Assembly: GCA_043228905.1 (NCBI GenBank)
Contig: JBHGNT010000013.1
Span: 19,530,001-19,594,000, forward strand
Source of the DNA: Azolla caroliniana
Taxonomy: Eukaryota; Plantae; Polypodiophyta
Length of the DNA: 64,000 nt
Direction of reading: 5' to 3'
The notes below the pieces were generated by a model. That model made no database searches. It was not told where the DNA came from and was given only the letters and a program-made list of their open reading frames with translations. Made by a program: the position numbers and the translations under genes. This document shows, in pieces, positions 13,857 to 26,946 of the stretch. Numbering within the stretch: position 1 is the first letter of the stretch; the number at the start of each line of letters is the position of its first letter.

Positions 13857-14552
13857 CTACGGACGCAACCTCAAAAGCCCAGCTCTGGCATCATCCAACT
13901 CGGGATCTAAACCCAGGGCTCGCTCGTATGACTTCTCGGCATCGGCAAACATCCGGCTCTTCTCTTGGGCCATGCCCAACATACAAAGGACCTTAGGGTT
14001 GTCGGGTGAGATATGGAGCGATCTCTCGAAGTCGGAGATGGCCGCAGCCAGAAGTTTCTTCCGGCCGCCACCGCCACCGCCTTTAAAGGTAGCCAGAAGA
14101 AGGTCGCCTCGCTTGATGAGAGCATCTGCCAGTTCTGAAGGCGAGAGGGTTGGGGCAATTTCCGGGGAGAGGGCAATATCCATAGATCGCAACGCCTCGT
14201 GACCTAACCCTTGTTGGTCGAGAGCCAGGGCTTTCAACACATAGGATGCGGCATCTAGAGGGTCCAGGGAGATAGCTAGGTCTGCCTCTTTGGTTGCTTC
14301 TTTGGCCAATGATCGAGCCTCGGGATTATTCGAGGCATTGCGTGCAGAGTGGGAGAGGGATCTGGATCGCGCGAGGAGTTGGGCACCTTTGATGAAATGG
14401 CGGCTGGCTATAGATTTCTTCCGGCCTCTCGATCGAGAGGCTCCAAAGATCCTCTTGCTCAGGCTCTGAGCGATCCATATAGCAAAGAGGCCTGTCATCA
14501 CTGCAAGTGCCTGCATCCAGAACCCATCTACCATGGTCACCATCACCATCAT
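13857..14552 (-). CDS. Single-exon TPR-repeat protein with N-terminal hydrophobic membrane anchor
   Basis: 231-aa uninterrupted, GC-elevated ORF. Hydrophobic segment FWMQALAVMTGLFAIWIA, basic linker, and TPR helices (ADLAISLDPLDAASYVLKALAL; FERSLHISPDNPKVLCMLGMAQEK..AEKSYERALGLDP). Confidence 0.88.
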   Translation of the reverse strand: MMVMVTMVDGFWMQALAVMTGLFAIWIAQSLSKRIFGASRSRGRKKSIASRHFIKGAQLLARSRSLSHSARNASNNPEARSLAKEATKEADLAISLDPLDAASYVLKALALDQQGLGHEALRSMDIALSPEIAPTLSPSELADALIKRGDLLLATFKGGGGGGRKKLLAAAISDFERSLHISPDNPKVLCMLGMAQEKSRMFADAEKSYERALGLDPELDDARAGLLRLRP

Positions 14553-14931
14553 ACATAATCTAGATTTTCAGAACACCATAAACCCAATTTTCCTTTCTTC
14601 TGCTTCTTGCTTCCTCTTCTTTCTGATTTCTGATTTCTGCTTTCCCCTTTCTGATTTCCTTCTGAGATTGTGAGGAGTTTTAATGGCTTTTCTATGTGGC
14701 AGATGGGGCCAATGTGTGGAAGCATTTATCTCATTCACATTATGTGGACCTTCTAACATTTTGGCCATGTCTTTGATCCTTTCACGAGCCCGACAGAAAT
14801 TCGTGTGTATCTATCTACACCCAGCAAGCGGTGCCACGGACTCTTCGATCAATTCAGTTCTCATCTTCTTCGGGCCACATTGTCCATGGATGGCTATATT
14901 TTTGCTCCCTGCAATAGGCCGCCTATCCGAT

Positions 14932-14961
14932 GGGCTTAGGGTTTTAGAGTTTAGGGTTTAT
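14932..14961 (-). promoter_or_regulatory. Telo-box cluster upstream of TPR gene
   Basis: Minus strand reads TAAACCCTAAACTCTAAAACCCTAAGCCC (two AAACCCTA motifs) ~390 bp upstream of the ATG. Confidence 0.45.
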
Positions 14962-15695
14962 CTATGTGACAATTGAACATTCTCTCATCATCGTAGTTCC
15001 TTATGAACATGTTTTGGTCATTGGGAACCCTTTTTGTTGTTCATCGCAAACATGTGTCCTTGATCGTGTCAACTTTCTAACAAGCTTTCCAACTCAACTC
15101 TATCTCTTAAGCTTGTCCTGGGGCTTCTTCTTTTTTTGTTGCTTGCCTTAATGTGAAGGTGATTTCCATCCACTTTCTACTTTTTTTCTTGAAAACACTT
15201 GACCATTTGCTCTTCGAATTGACTTCAAGTTAACAAAGGCACCTCCTTTTATGAAGAATGGTTATGGCTAATCGGACTTATCAACCATTGATGCCCAATG
15301 AGTAAGCCCCAAACCGAGTTGATCGAATGAGCATCGTTAGAACCATAAAGTTCTAGTAGTTTGTAAATGGTGGAGCCAAAAAAGAAGTCGAAAAAAATTG
15401 TTGCTTTTTTCTTTTCATAAAGAGGATTGGGATATATGTTGATCCCATCAACCTACCACTAATTCAAAAAACCTTTTTGGAGTGATCAAAAATTGAGACG
15501 GGACAATGACTACGTTCTAAATTGTATGAGCATGAATGCTTAACATCCCAAAATGCACTATCTATCATAGTTATGCTTCTTATCGTATCAAAACTCTTAC
15601 CACATCGAGTTAGATGGGCTTTGATGGAGACGGTTTGATGAGGTAAACTACAATGTTTAATGCATTCGCCCAAAATCTTGAGTTGAATCTTGCAC

Positions 15696-15869
15696 GTGTG
15701 TGTGTGTGTGTGGAACTAGAATAGTAGGGATTTTAACCTACAATCGGTTTGTTCTAGAAGGATCATATTTAATTTGGTGTTATGTCATGCTCAACTAGGC
15801 AAATAACAAACATTAGGTGTGCTTGGATTTCGAGAAACCATGAAAATTTTGTCGAAGGTGAATATGAGA

Positions 15870-15908
<39 letters not shown>

Positions 15909-16066
15909 AAATAGAATAGTAGGGATTTTAGCCTACAATCGATTTGTTCCAAAAGGATCATATTTAATTTGGTGTTATGTCATGCTCAACTAGGCAAATA
16001 ACAAACGTTACGTGTGCTTGGATTTCGAAAAACCATGAAAGTCTTGCTGAAGGTGAATATGAGAAG
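15696..16066. repeat. ~190-bp tandem duplication, each copy headed by (GT)n
   Basis: (GT)nGGAA.TAGAATAGTAGGGATTTTA...GAAGGTGAATATGAGAA occurs twice with high identity. Confidence 0.9.
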
Positions 16067-17372
16067 ACTACTTTACGTGAATTAAAGATCCACGATGTGT
16101 TTTGAAGAGAGGTCAAAGTGTTTGTAAAATGGGTTCTTATGGCATGACCACATACAAATGTCGAAGTGCAATGGATTTTGCATGTTTTTTTTGTTACTTG
16201 GGGCAATAAATAATCCATCAAAAAAGACACAATTGTTAAACATAATGGAGCTTAGGTAATGGTCAAGATTATCGATCAAAATTGTCCATTTTAAGACACG
16301 TTACAAATGAATCTTTTGGTGGCCTACAACTTTGTGGATCTCACCAAGTAATTGATTATGTTCCCCTATGCCTCTGGTAAACAAATGAGGAAGTATGAAG
16401 TCTTGCTAGAGTGGAATTAGCCACATGATTTTGGCACTCCAATAGTGTCATGAAAACTATAGTTGTATTATTATTACTTGGTTGGAACATACAGTTACAA
16501 GGGTGTACAAAGGTGCAAAATCACCATCATTAAGAGTGGATAATAGCAAGACAATTGTGACTCAACATATTGCCAATATTTTAGCACATGTCCACATATA
16601 TTATTAGTAAATGCATTTCAACAAAAGAATGCTTAATGTCTCATTTCAACTCATTCATATCCCATTTTTAGGCATGCAAAAGGGATGCTAAAGACACTCA
16701 CCCTTACAATGGTCCTACTAGTTTATCATTATTGATAACCATCATCATGAGAATCATATTCAATAAGTTAATCCCATTTTATCTTCCATGAAACTTCTCT
16801 AAGTAGCCTTTGCATCCCCATACCCCGTGCAAGTTCCAGATCAGTGTCCAATGTACCAAAGGATGATGGGTCACAAATAGCTATTTACTCCTAACCCATG
16901 CTACAACACTCGATAACTTTTCGAACTACTCATCGTTCTACAGCAGCTTCATCTTTAAAACCTAGCTAAATCCACTAGAGAAAATTGGACATGCTTACTC
17001 CACCAAAAAATGTGATTGGGTCTTTCAAAATGCCAGACTTCTATGTGCCAACAAGGTTTTCTCTTTCTCTTCCATCAAAACGTGATAAAGGAGTCTTAAT
17101 GAAGTTGAACCAAAAGAAAATACATGAAACACCACTGCTTGCTTCTCTTTCACTTAGTAGAGTCTAGAAAGAAAGATATGCAAGAGTCAACCTTTACATG
17201 CAAACAAGGAAGACTATCATGCCTCTTTTTGAAGCAAACAAAGGACTCAAAACAAGATGTTGGTATCACAATTTTCCATGTATAAATCATCTCCAACAAC
17301 AATCCCATTAGCAATCTCACTACACATTGTATAGAGCCCATTCTCATTGTCAAAGAATGTGTAAGCCTTTAA

Positions 17373-18940
17373 CTATCTGAAATGACGACGAAAATCACCA
17401 TTCCAAGAGGCTGATGAATCAAAACTTACTTCATCAAGATATCGACCATACTTCAAGGGTCCAGAGTGTCCTTTCAGGCTAGGGCTTCTTTGAGGACCAA
17501 GTGGTCTAGTTGATTTCAAGGGGCATGGAAATGACAATCTTTTTTTTGCAAAGGATATTGACTCCTCTTGAGTATCAGGCCTTTGTTTTGGTGTACTTTG
17601 AGATCTCACTTTTGCTTTCGATGATCGTGTAGTGGCCATGTAGTTGGGAAGTGTAGAAAAGCTCATGAGACTTTCATCATCTCGTACTGAAGAGCTCCCA
17701 ACACTATGCCTTGAGCTGAACCTTGTAGGCGCCGAAACTAAAGAGGGTGTGTTCCTTCCATCGTCATCAAAATTCCGGCTGCTTCGAGGACTATCTGATC
17801 GTCCATTGTTCGGGATCGGACGGTTCATAGATGGAGTGTTCGGTGAATGACTATAACTAGGCTGCCTTGAGAGCCTAGTCACGATATGTCCTACAGTGTG
17901 ATTCTTTACACTATTTGCCCTCATAATATCTTCAATGTTCTTCTTGGTATACGGAACCTCTAACACATCTTTCTCTATGGCATGACCATCCCAAGATCTC
18001 CCTACCATCCATCTGTCCAACCAGCTCCACTCCGGTTGAGCATTATTACATTGCTCGCTTCGCAAACATGTAGTGTTATAATCGTGGTTTGCTCCCGGTT
18101 TCAAAGGCTAAAAACAAAAGAAGAATGTGTTAAAATCATCATAGAAAAACACCATGCACAAATGAAAGAAGCCTTTTTTACATTCAACAATGGGGATCTT
18201 GCACTAACTCCGATTTTGAAACAAAGTTACAAGTACTTGTTCAAATTGTACCAAAAGAGGCCTTCTCCATTCAATAATGTGGATCTCACACTAACTCCAA
18301 TTTGAGCAAAATTACAAGTTCTTCATATTGTAATGAAAGAGGAGGCATTTTCATTCAACAATGTGTATCTCACACTAACTCAAATTTAAGAAAATTGGCA
18401 AATGCTTCTTCATGTTATCATAATAATGGAAGAAGAGATATCATAAACCATAGGTCTAATGCCCATGACATCGTTATCCATAATCCATGTGGATAAAGGC
18501 CATCCAACCATAAGCAAGCATGTCTATCTCTTAGCTTTAACATTGACTCCAAATCAAGGTTATATGTCTTGTGATACAAGCATAACACACAAGGGAAAGA
18601 GTTATTACCATAGAGGATCTTCTACAGGCAGAATCATTTTGTTTCTTCTGTTTGTGCCAGAGCTCCTCTTGGGTGTGTACTATATGCCTCTCGTCCGACA
18701 TCTTCGATCTTCGTTCCCGCACTCGTGCTTGAGCGCGTACGAGAGCTTGCATACACCGCAATGTTTCTGTTGCTTGACGTCGCACTGAATGCCCGCGAAC
18801 AAGGGCCTGTAGTCTCACCAGACTTTTTAAAGCTCGGAGAGCCCTGCGAGCCTAATATACAGAGAAGTAGGCAATGTTTCAGCCTTGTGGCCTCAGCTTT
18901 GATCACCATAAGTGAATGTATGTGTGTATGTATGTGTATA

Positions 18941-18971
<31 letters not shown>

Positions 18972-20184
18972 ATGTATGTATGTATGTATGTATGTATGGA
19001 TGGATGGATGGATGAAAGGATGCATGTATGTCTGTATGTCTGTATGTATGTATGTGTGTGTATGTATGTATGTCTGTATGTCTGTATGTCTGTATGTCTG
19101 TATGTATGTATGTATGTATGTATGTATCTATGTATCTATGTATCTATGTATGTATGTATGTATGTATGTATGTATGTATGTATGTGTGTCTGTCTGTCTG
19201 TCTGTCTGTCTGTATGTATGTATGTATGTATGTATGTATGTATGTATGTATGTATGTATGTATGTGTGTATGTATGTGTGTGTGTGTGTGTGTGTGTCTG
19301 TATGTATGTATGTATGTATGTATGTATGTATGTATGTATGTATGTATGTATGTATGTATGTATGTATGTATGTATGTATGTATGTATGTATGTATGTATG
19401 TATGTATGTATGTATGTATGTATGTATGTATGTATGTATGTATGTATGTATGTATGTATGTATGTATGTATGTATGTATGTATGTATGTATGTAGTGTTA
19501 GGTTCTAGGTACATTTACCAGATAGCCACGAAAAGCCGCCTGAATTTTGACAGCTGCGCGATCTTCTTTGCTGCGTACACCATAGCTGAAGGAGCCTCGA
19601 GAACGACCTCCTGTCAGCCTTACTACTTCTGCAGCAGCCTGAGCAGCTACAACGGCAGCCTGGGCAGCTGCGGCCGTTGCTTCAGCCACTGCCATTGCAT
19701 GCTTCTTCTCCTCTTCTTCTTCCTCTGAGTTATATATCATGTTCTGGTTCTTTTTCTTCATTACTGACAAAGGAAGAAACCTCTCATTTTTACTTTCCCT
19801 CGCTTGATCTGAAGCATCCTCTTGCAGTGCCCTCGTGCATTTCTCTTCCTCTGATGATTCCTTCACTAATAGTGTCCTTCTCACTGTCCATCTACTCCTC
19901 TTCTCCTTACTCTGAACAGAAGAATTACAGAGATTTTTATGTTCAGATCTAGGTTTGAAACATCAGGGGACATACAAGCAAAAGCCCGCATTTTATTTCC
20001 CACAGAGAAACAATGCATAAATCAAGAGCTCCAAGGGAACTGAGAGGCAGAGAGTGCAAAGTACCTGTGGATCTGTGTTGTTGAGCTGCTTAGCTTCTTT
20101 GTCTGGATCTTTGGACGGTGAGAATGCTTTCTTCACAGCAGTGAACCAGCTACTACTACTACTACTACTACCTTTCTTCCCCAT
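17373..20184 (-). CDS. IQD: IQ67-domain (IQD) calmodulin-binding protein with C-terminal DUF4005-like region
   Basis: Exons 20184-20065, 19911-19519, 18851-18609, 18107-17373. Motifs [57 protein letters not shown]|[20 protein letters not shown] (conserved phase-0 intron), [32 protein letters not shown]. Confidence 0.92.
18180..18430. repeat. ~87-bp degenerate tandem repeat x3 in IQD intron 3
   Basis: CATTCAA(C/T)AATG.G.ATCT..CACTAACTC near 18181, 18269 and 18352. Confidence 0.7.
18912..19494. repeat. ~580-bp compound (TATG)n/(TCTG)n/(TG)n microsatellite
   Basis: Directly visible; fills most of IQD intron 2. Confidence 0.98.
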
Positions 20185-20369
20185 CTAATTCTTCTCAGAG
20201 AGACATGAAAGGGGGAGCAGGAGCAGGAGCAGGAGCAGGAGGAACAGAGTACTAGCAAGTAGTAGCTTTCCAGCAGACACAAACAGAGAGAGAGAGGAAG
20301 TAGCTTTCTTCAGTGATAGTTCCATAAATTTATAAAACTATGCCTATGATCTATCTGTCATTTAGCATG

Positions 20370-20400
<31 letters not shown>

Positions 20401-22899
20401 TATAATATATACATATATATAATAGTATATATATGTATATATGTACATATTATAATGTGTGTGTATATATATATATATATATATGTATATACATATATAT
20501 AGATTATTGGTTGGGAAGAGAATGTTTGAGAGGAGGGGGCATGGCATTACTTTAGGTCAAAACATAAGTGGCTCCATGGATCTCATGATTATATTGAGAG
20601 ATCTCGTGTGTTTTCGCCTGTTCTTTCGCATCATTCCTTCCATCGATTCTCTCCTTAGAAGACGTTAATATTTCTTTCTTTCTCTCTCTCAAAACTCCAC
20701 CACCACCCCCCCCCCCCCCGCCTCGGGCATCTCTGTTACAGGACTGTTTTTTTGCCACTGAATCCTCGGTCGTGCTGTTGTTTGAGATGAAGTACTTATC
20801 GGGTTCTGCAGGAACAGTTTGCGTATTGTTGTCCATCGGAGAATCCTCCGAGAAACTTGGAAACTTACAAAACGTTGGCATGGTGTGAGTATGTATGGGT
20901 GCGTGTGCGCACGCATGTGACAATGGCTCGGCTTTTTCATGACCATTCCATGTGTCGACATGGGCATACCTCAACTTGGTTCCCTTCATTTGGAGGATGA
21001 GTGAGGTTGGCATGGCATTCAATTTCCACTACTATTGATGTCTCACCTTTCTCGCTAACTAGTGATAGTGAAGAACTGCCACACCATAGCCATGTAGGCT
21101 CCTCGCTAGAGTTTGTCACCTATGTTATATTAATTGGATCTCTCATTGATATCATAGCCCAATGTTGGCCTACGATTTATATGTCATTGAATCAAATGAT
21201 GTTATCTTCGTGGACACATATGATCTTGCTACATCATAGTAGCTTAGAATTGTAGTAAGCGAACATTGAAGGGAAAATATTTCGCGTGCCCCTTGTATAA
21301 TGGATAACATCAACATTACTCCTTATTCCTAAATATTCCTAGTACCTACATACCCTTGGTCAACAAGTAGAAAAAACCATTTATGGGTTTCATTAACTGA
21401 TTGTATGGATCAATCCAATATTTCATCAAATATATAAGACATTAATATTTTAGATTCTATATTTAACTAAACGCAATGATCTCCATTTTAGGCTTTTTGG
21501 GGCAAAGTTTAGAGAAATGAAGGTATGAATGAGACTTTAGAAATTGGCATAAAAAGAAGGGTAATTAATGCCATATAGGAGCTATTGTGATTGCTAACAC
21601 CAAAACACACAAAGCATTTCCCTTCCAAAAGTTAATTGTTGAACATCAATATATGATGATAACCGAGGAGTTTCATGACCAAAGAGATTTGTTTGTTGAT
21701 AATCGGGTTGGTTGTTTGCCTGAATCCTTCATACAAATTTGGGCTTGCAACATTTTGCCACACCTATGGGATAGCTTCCATAAAGCGACAAACAAAAACC
21801 TACATTATGGTAACCCAAATACCTCTTGTTTTGGCAATAGCATGAGGGCATACAAAAGTGAAATTTCAATTACATGGGTGCCTATGACATTCATTATTTG
21901 GCCGTTAGCTTTGTGCCAAAAACAAGTTCCCATATATATGACTTCACACAAAGGTCTCAATGAAGGGGTGAAGTCGTGTTGACTCTAACCTTCCTAGGGT
22001 ACCCCTCTTTATTGGCATACACTTGGGATAATGTAGGTGTGTCCAATCTTCGTCCATGTGATTGTTCTTATCTTAGTGTACTTTGTGTATCCACTTTGCA
22101 CAATTTGACCCGAATTGATTGATATTTGTGCACAAGATAGATGTAATACATAGCATATAAAGTTTTATTATATATCTAAATAGGAAGAAGGGTTTAATAC
22201 ATTAATGATCTTTACGGAACCCAAAAATGTTTGTTTTGGGAATCTAGGACATCTATGTTGGCAACGACCATTGAAATAGAGAATTAGTTTTGTGGGGAGA
22301 AGTGTGAGTTTTGCTGAATATGGTTGAACTTTGATGTACTTTGTTTGCTAACTAATGTGAAGAGTGGTTTTTTGAAAAAATAAAATAAAATGGATATGTT
22401 ATGTTATAACATGACTAATGCAATTACCTTTACTTCTTCGTTTTCTTTTCCTGTTTTGGGGCTTGGTTGCAATGATCAAGATATTGCCTTTTGCTTTTAC
22501 TCCCTACCCCATTTTGTGTCTTTTGTTGCTGTGTCTTTCTTTCCTCCTCACTCTTGATTATTTCCTTCATTCTCATCCTTTAGTTCATCCATTCTTGCTT
22601 TAATCACAACAATATCATTATCATCAAATAAATCATCGTTGTATACCACATTCACATAATTATTCACATTCCTTTATCAAGGTTTTGGACACCTCACTCT
22701 GTAATCACAAAACGTTAAATAGGTAAAGCCACAAATCCCCCCGAAATGGGCGAAGAAGACGAGAGCAAAAAAAGAAAGAGGTATAAGTAAATGTATCGTC
22801 TTGATTGAACAATGGGTTAATTAGTTTCATTTGGTTGTAATGGGAATTCTTTTATAGACTTTTGGACCTATCCCTATTTATTTGTAAGGTGAATTCACA

Positions 22900-23060
22900 C
22901 ATCCTTCATATATTGACATTTCATATCTCAAAGTATTATCTCTACATATTAACATGTCCACATTCTTATGTGAGGTATTATCTCCACATGTTAACATGTC
23001 CACATTCTTACTCAAGTTATTGTCTCTGCATACTAACATGTTCACATTCTTATGTGGAAA
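22900..23060. repeat. ~40-bp tandem repeat x3-4
   Basis: TATT.TCTC..CATATTAACATGTCCACATTCTTA recurs. Confidence 0.7.
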
Positions 23061-23219
23061 CTTAGCATATAATAGGATTCACATGAGTGCTCAACTAGGG
23101 ATTTTAACATATTAAAATATTTATGTAGCTTATTTTAACCAATGCTAGGAATTTATAGACGAGAGGATCTGCAATTAGAGACCTCATTATAGGATGTTGC
23201 CCCTTCGAGGGGTTTTGGG

Positions 23220-23570
23220 GCTATTGTCCTAAATTCTAATCACGTGTGAATACATTGGCAACTAATGTTAGGTGACCTACTAAAGGTAGAATACATATTA
23301 ACGGAGATATTAATCAATGAGTTTAAGATACCGATGGGAAAGTGCAAACTCCTTTATGGTAAATTTGTAAATTAATAATTTGAAAATATGAGGGAGGGAG
23401 TCGACGGTTGGTGCTATTGTCCTAGTTTCTAATCACATGCAAACATATAAGAAACTTATGTTAGGTGACCTACTAAAGTTTTAGATCACATAATAATTGA
23501 TATATTCACAGACCTACCAATGGGAAATTGAAAACTTATTTTAAGAAGATTGTAAACTAAGTAAAAAAAA
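23220..23570. repeat. ~190-bp diverged tandem duplication
   Basis: GCTATTGTCCTA..TTCTAATCAC...ATGTTAGGTGACCTACTAAAG at ~23220 and ~23414. Confidence 0.75.
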
Positions 23571-25379
23571 TTGCTCATATTTGGCATGAAGATAAGTAAA
23601 CCATGACCCACCCCATTGGAACTTTCGGATGCATGTTGACTTAGGCTCTATTATATATTACCCAATATGGTGTTGTAGCCTAATAAACTTAACTATTGCC
23701 AAGCTCAAGTTAGCTACATGGTTGGCCTCCTCAATTGGTTCATGTGAGTGTTGTGTAACATGTATTTGGGATTACAATAAGCCTGTGCTACAATATGTCA
23801 TTGGCCCTGGTGATTGCGACATCTTCTATGAAGCGGGGTTCCTATACACTTTCCAATTGGATCATGGTTGTCATTAGTACCAAAGGAGCAAGTCTATAGG
23901 CAAGAAAAGGGGTAAGGGGGAAAAAACTATTGCTATGTATCTTGTGAAAAGTCACAAATAATGGAGTATAAAATCCACTTCTTTTGCGTGCTTCTTCCGT
24001 TTATCACTTTTGATCTAGAGCTTTAGTATTTTGTATGTATGTATGTATAATGTCTCTAAACAAAAACAAACACACATATCATAATTAAACTTTGACCTTC
24101 ACCCCAAGCAAAGCTTAAAACAACCACACACACTAAGTTTCAACTCTTCCCAATATAGTCATATCCCCCATGCCCTAGAAACTTCCCTAAGTTTCATGCG
24201 TGTTGATCCCTAAGCCAATAGAGTTAAAATACACCATCACAATAATCATTTTGATCACTTTCAAGCAATTGCATCCAATAAGCAAGTGGATGGGACTACA
24301 TATTGGTCCCTAGGCCATCACACAATGTCATAACTAAATTGGTTTTGACTCTTCACAATAACTCCTGGTCATGGTCAATGAAGTTTTAGTGGTTAAGGTT
24401 AGTAATGAGCAACCTTAGTTAAGACAAAAAAGCATGTCTAAGTTATCACATTTCAACCCATTTGTTGCGTTTGGTATCTTCTTTCTATCATCCCTATGTT
24501 GTAAAATGCACACCGAGGATGAATGATACTTCACGTCATGCACAACATCTTCAAGAGAATGCCAATAATGTTATGGCCATGTATGATTGCCATATGCTAA
24601 AGCACCAACCTAATCACGTGCTTTCAAGAGGCAAACAAAATTCACTCGAGTTATGTGTATTTGACTTTTACGTTCTTCGAAGAGAAAAGTAAGTATTGAG
24701 TTATATCACAATCATTGAGACCCAACTTTACATGCATTATTTCTAGGATTTGACGAGACTATGATAATTGTACAGACCGTGAATGCACATGAAATATGTG
24801 CTCTAATGTTTTCACCGAATTTGTTGTGGTATAGAATGTAAAGTACTAATGAAATAGAGTCATGGGTGCTACCATGACAGTGATAGGTAGATAGATATAT
24901 GTATAGTATTTGATGCAAGAGAGATTCAAACTTGGGCACATAGCTATTTTTCTCATTAAGGTTGCCATAACAATATCTATGAAAAGTGATAGCCTCTCTC
25001 TCATTTTCCCCTCGAGTCTAATTTCACCTCAAAAGCAAAAATTCTTAGTGAAACCAAGTAGAGTTAAAATACACCATCATAATAATAATTTTGATCGCTT
25101 TGCAAGCAATTGTATCTAAGAAGCAAATGGGTGGACTCAAGTTGTATACTCTCTCTCTCTTGTGAAAACACACAATTATATTAATAAATGTGTTTTATAC
25201 TTACAATGGGTGTCACGATGGAGTATGGTTGTCCTAGCCCCTTACGACTTGTAGCTCATAACACACAAAGTTTGCACTTATTTGTAGAGTTTGCATGTCG
25301 AGATACCAACACTTTACCCATTTGACTCATCAAAATTGGTAAAAGTGGTCATAAAAACGCATTCTTACAATCCACTGTT

Positions 25380-25715
25380 ACCTAATTTGGGCATTCTTGT
25401 TTCAATAAAGGATGATAGTCCACTACGGGGGACTATTACATCAGATGCACTAATCGTTTATTAAAAGCATGGGAACTTTATCCAATAATGTACTCGATGT
25501 TTAGGGGAATGAAATACTGCATCATAAAACCCTATATATATATATACAAGCTCAACACGATTCGGTGACATGATTGTGTTCAACCATTGTTTAATCCAAT
25601 TTAGGTATGGAAGTTCCCCGGTAAAAAATAATACAACTGCATGATCATAGAATACATCCAAAGATTGCAATACTGCCTTAGCATCAACTTCAACATCATG
25701 CACATCCTCATCCAT
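25380..25715 (-). mobile_element. L1-type LINE ORF1 (DUF4283-like) remnant
   Basis: HAVVLFFTGELPYLNWIKQW...GFYDAVF resembles the plant LINE ORF1 RRM-like region; disrupted downstream. Confidence 0.45.
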
Positions 25716-26271
25716 GCATTCTTTTTTGCTGCATTTTCATTTTCTTCCACAAATTAGACAACAAGGTATTCACAATCCCCCATAATATAATCCAATCATG
25801 ATTATCCTTGTCAACCTCGACATATATCAATTTCTTCTTATTGATTTCCTCAATACCCTTAAGTCTCTTAGAGCTCCCAAATTATTCCCTTGCACAATCA
25901 CATTCTACCATGATATTACTCTTTGTTGGATCACTTGTTCCCATATCAAAATCCCCCACAAATTATGAGGGTGTCATGTTTATATTCACTATTCTTGATG
26001 TGGTATCGAGCTAGGATAAAAAAAGATTTTCCAAGAACAAAAAATTAGAACTCACCCGATTGAAGAGATCGACGATGAAGAAGACAACAAGAGGTCTACA
26101 ATGTGTGTTGAGTATGTGTATGCGGACAACATACGATTCTTTTTTTCTATCATTGCTACCAGTATAGACCACCAATTTAAACTTGCTATATATCGTTACA
26201 AAGCTCTAACTGGGAGTTTTCCAAAGAAGGTCTTTGTGCCAATTTTCTTCATCGATAGAGACTGCAACACC

Positions 26272-26302
<31 letters not shown>

Positions 26303-26699
26303 TATAATGGCTTCTTTAAAGAAAGAAAGTAACACCACCATGACTTACATACAACGAAGTATATAACCCTTTTAGGGATCAAAATACTACTATGACTAGG
26401 AACTCAAACCCAATGTACACACCAATTCAGATGTCGAATATGATGATATGCGACATTGCAAAGTTCTCTCTCTTCATGGGTGGGATTTCGTGACTTCTTT
26501 AATTTATTTTTACTTTCGATGAATGGCGAAATACCCCATTTTTGTTGCAAGCCAATTGTCTCATGGGCCAATATTGGTCTTAGAAGATGTTAATATATAT
26601 TTCTTTCATTTCTAGCACCGTCAATTGCCACAAAAGAAGTCCTTTTAGCTTTACAACATATTCTCTCATGAACTATATCCCCCCTAATACCCCAAGAAC

Positions 26700-26894
26700 T
26701 CAAAAATAAATTGCAAATGAGGCAAAAGTTCGTTGATCTCCATATGTGCAAAAACCCAACTGAATGAACGTAGTCTTCCTCCAATTAAAGACATTTACAC
26801 TAATTTGATACACGTTCCAAGCTATTTTAGCCATTGGACATGAAGGAAATCGATGCTTAATATGTTCCAATTCCATCGTAAAAAAGAAACACAT
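26700..26894 (-). mobile_element. LINE zf-RVT remnant
   Basis: CFFFTMELEHIKHRFPSCPMAKIAW matches the C..C...E...H.F..C..A...W zinc-binding motif at the end of L1 ORF2. Confidence 0.55.
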
Positions 26895-26901
26895 TCCTCT
26901 A

Positions 26902-26946
<45 letters not shown>

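Noticed and set aside
18912-19728. Long ORFs of MYVC/HTYI repeats
   Set aside because: Translation artefacts of the (TATG)n microsatellite inside an IQD intron.
20552-21022. 156-aa ORF upstream of IQD
   Set aside because: Low complexity, crosses a poly-G tract and the probable promoter/5' UTR; no homology cues.
21560-22100. Possible further LINE ORF1 relics (also ~31440-32570)
   Set aside because: Too degenerate to support by eye; needs TBLASTX.
25998-26012. tRNA-Met PBS-like TGGTATCGAGC
   Set aside because: No adjacent LTR end (..CA) or downstream gag; imperfect match.
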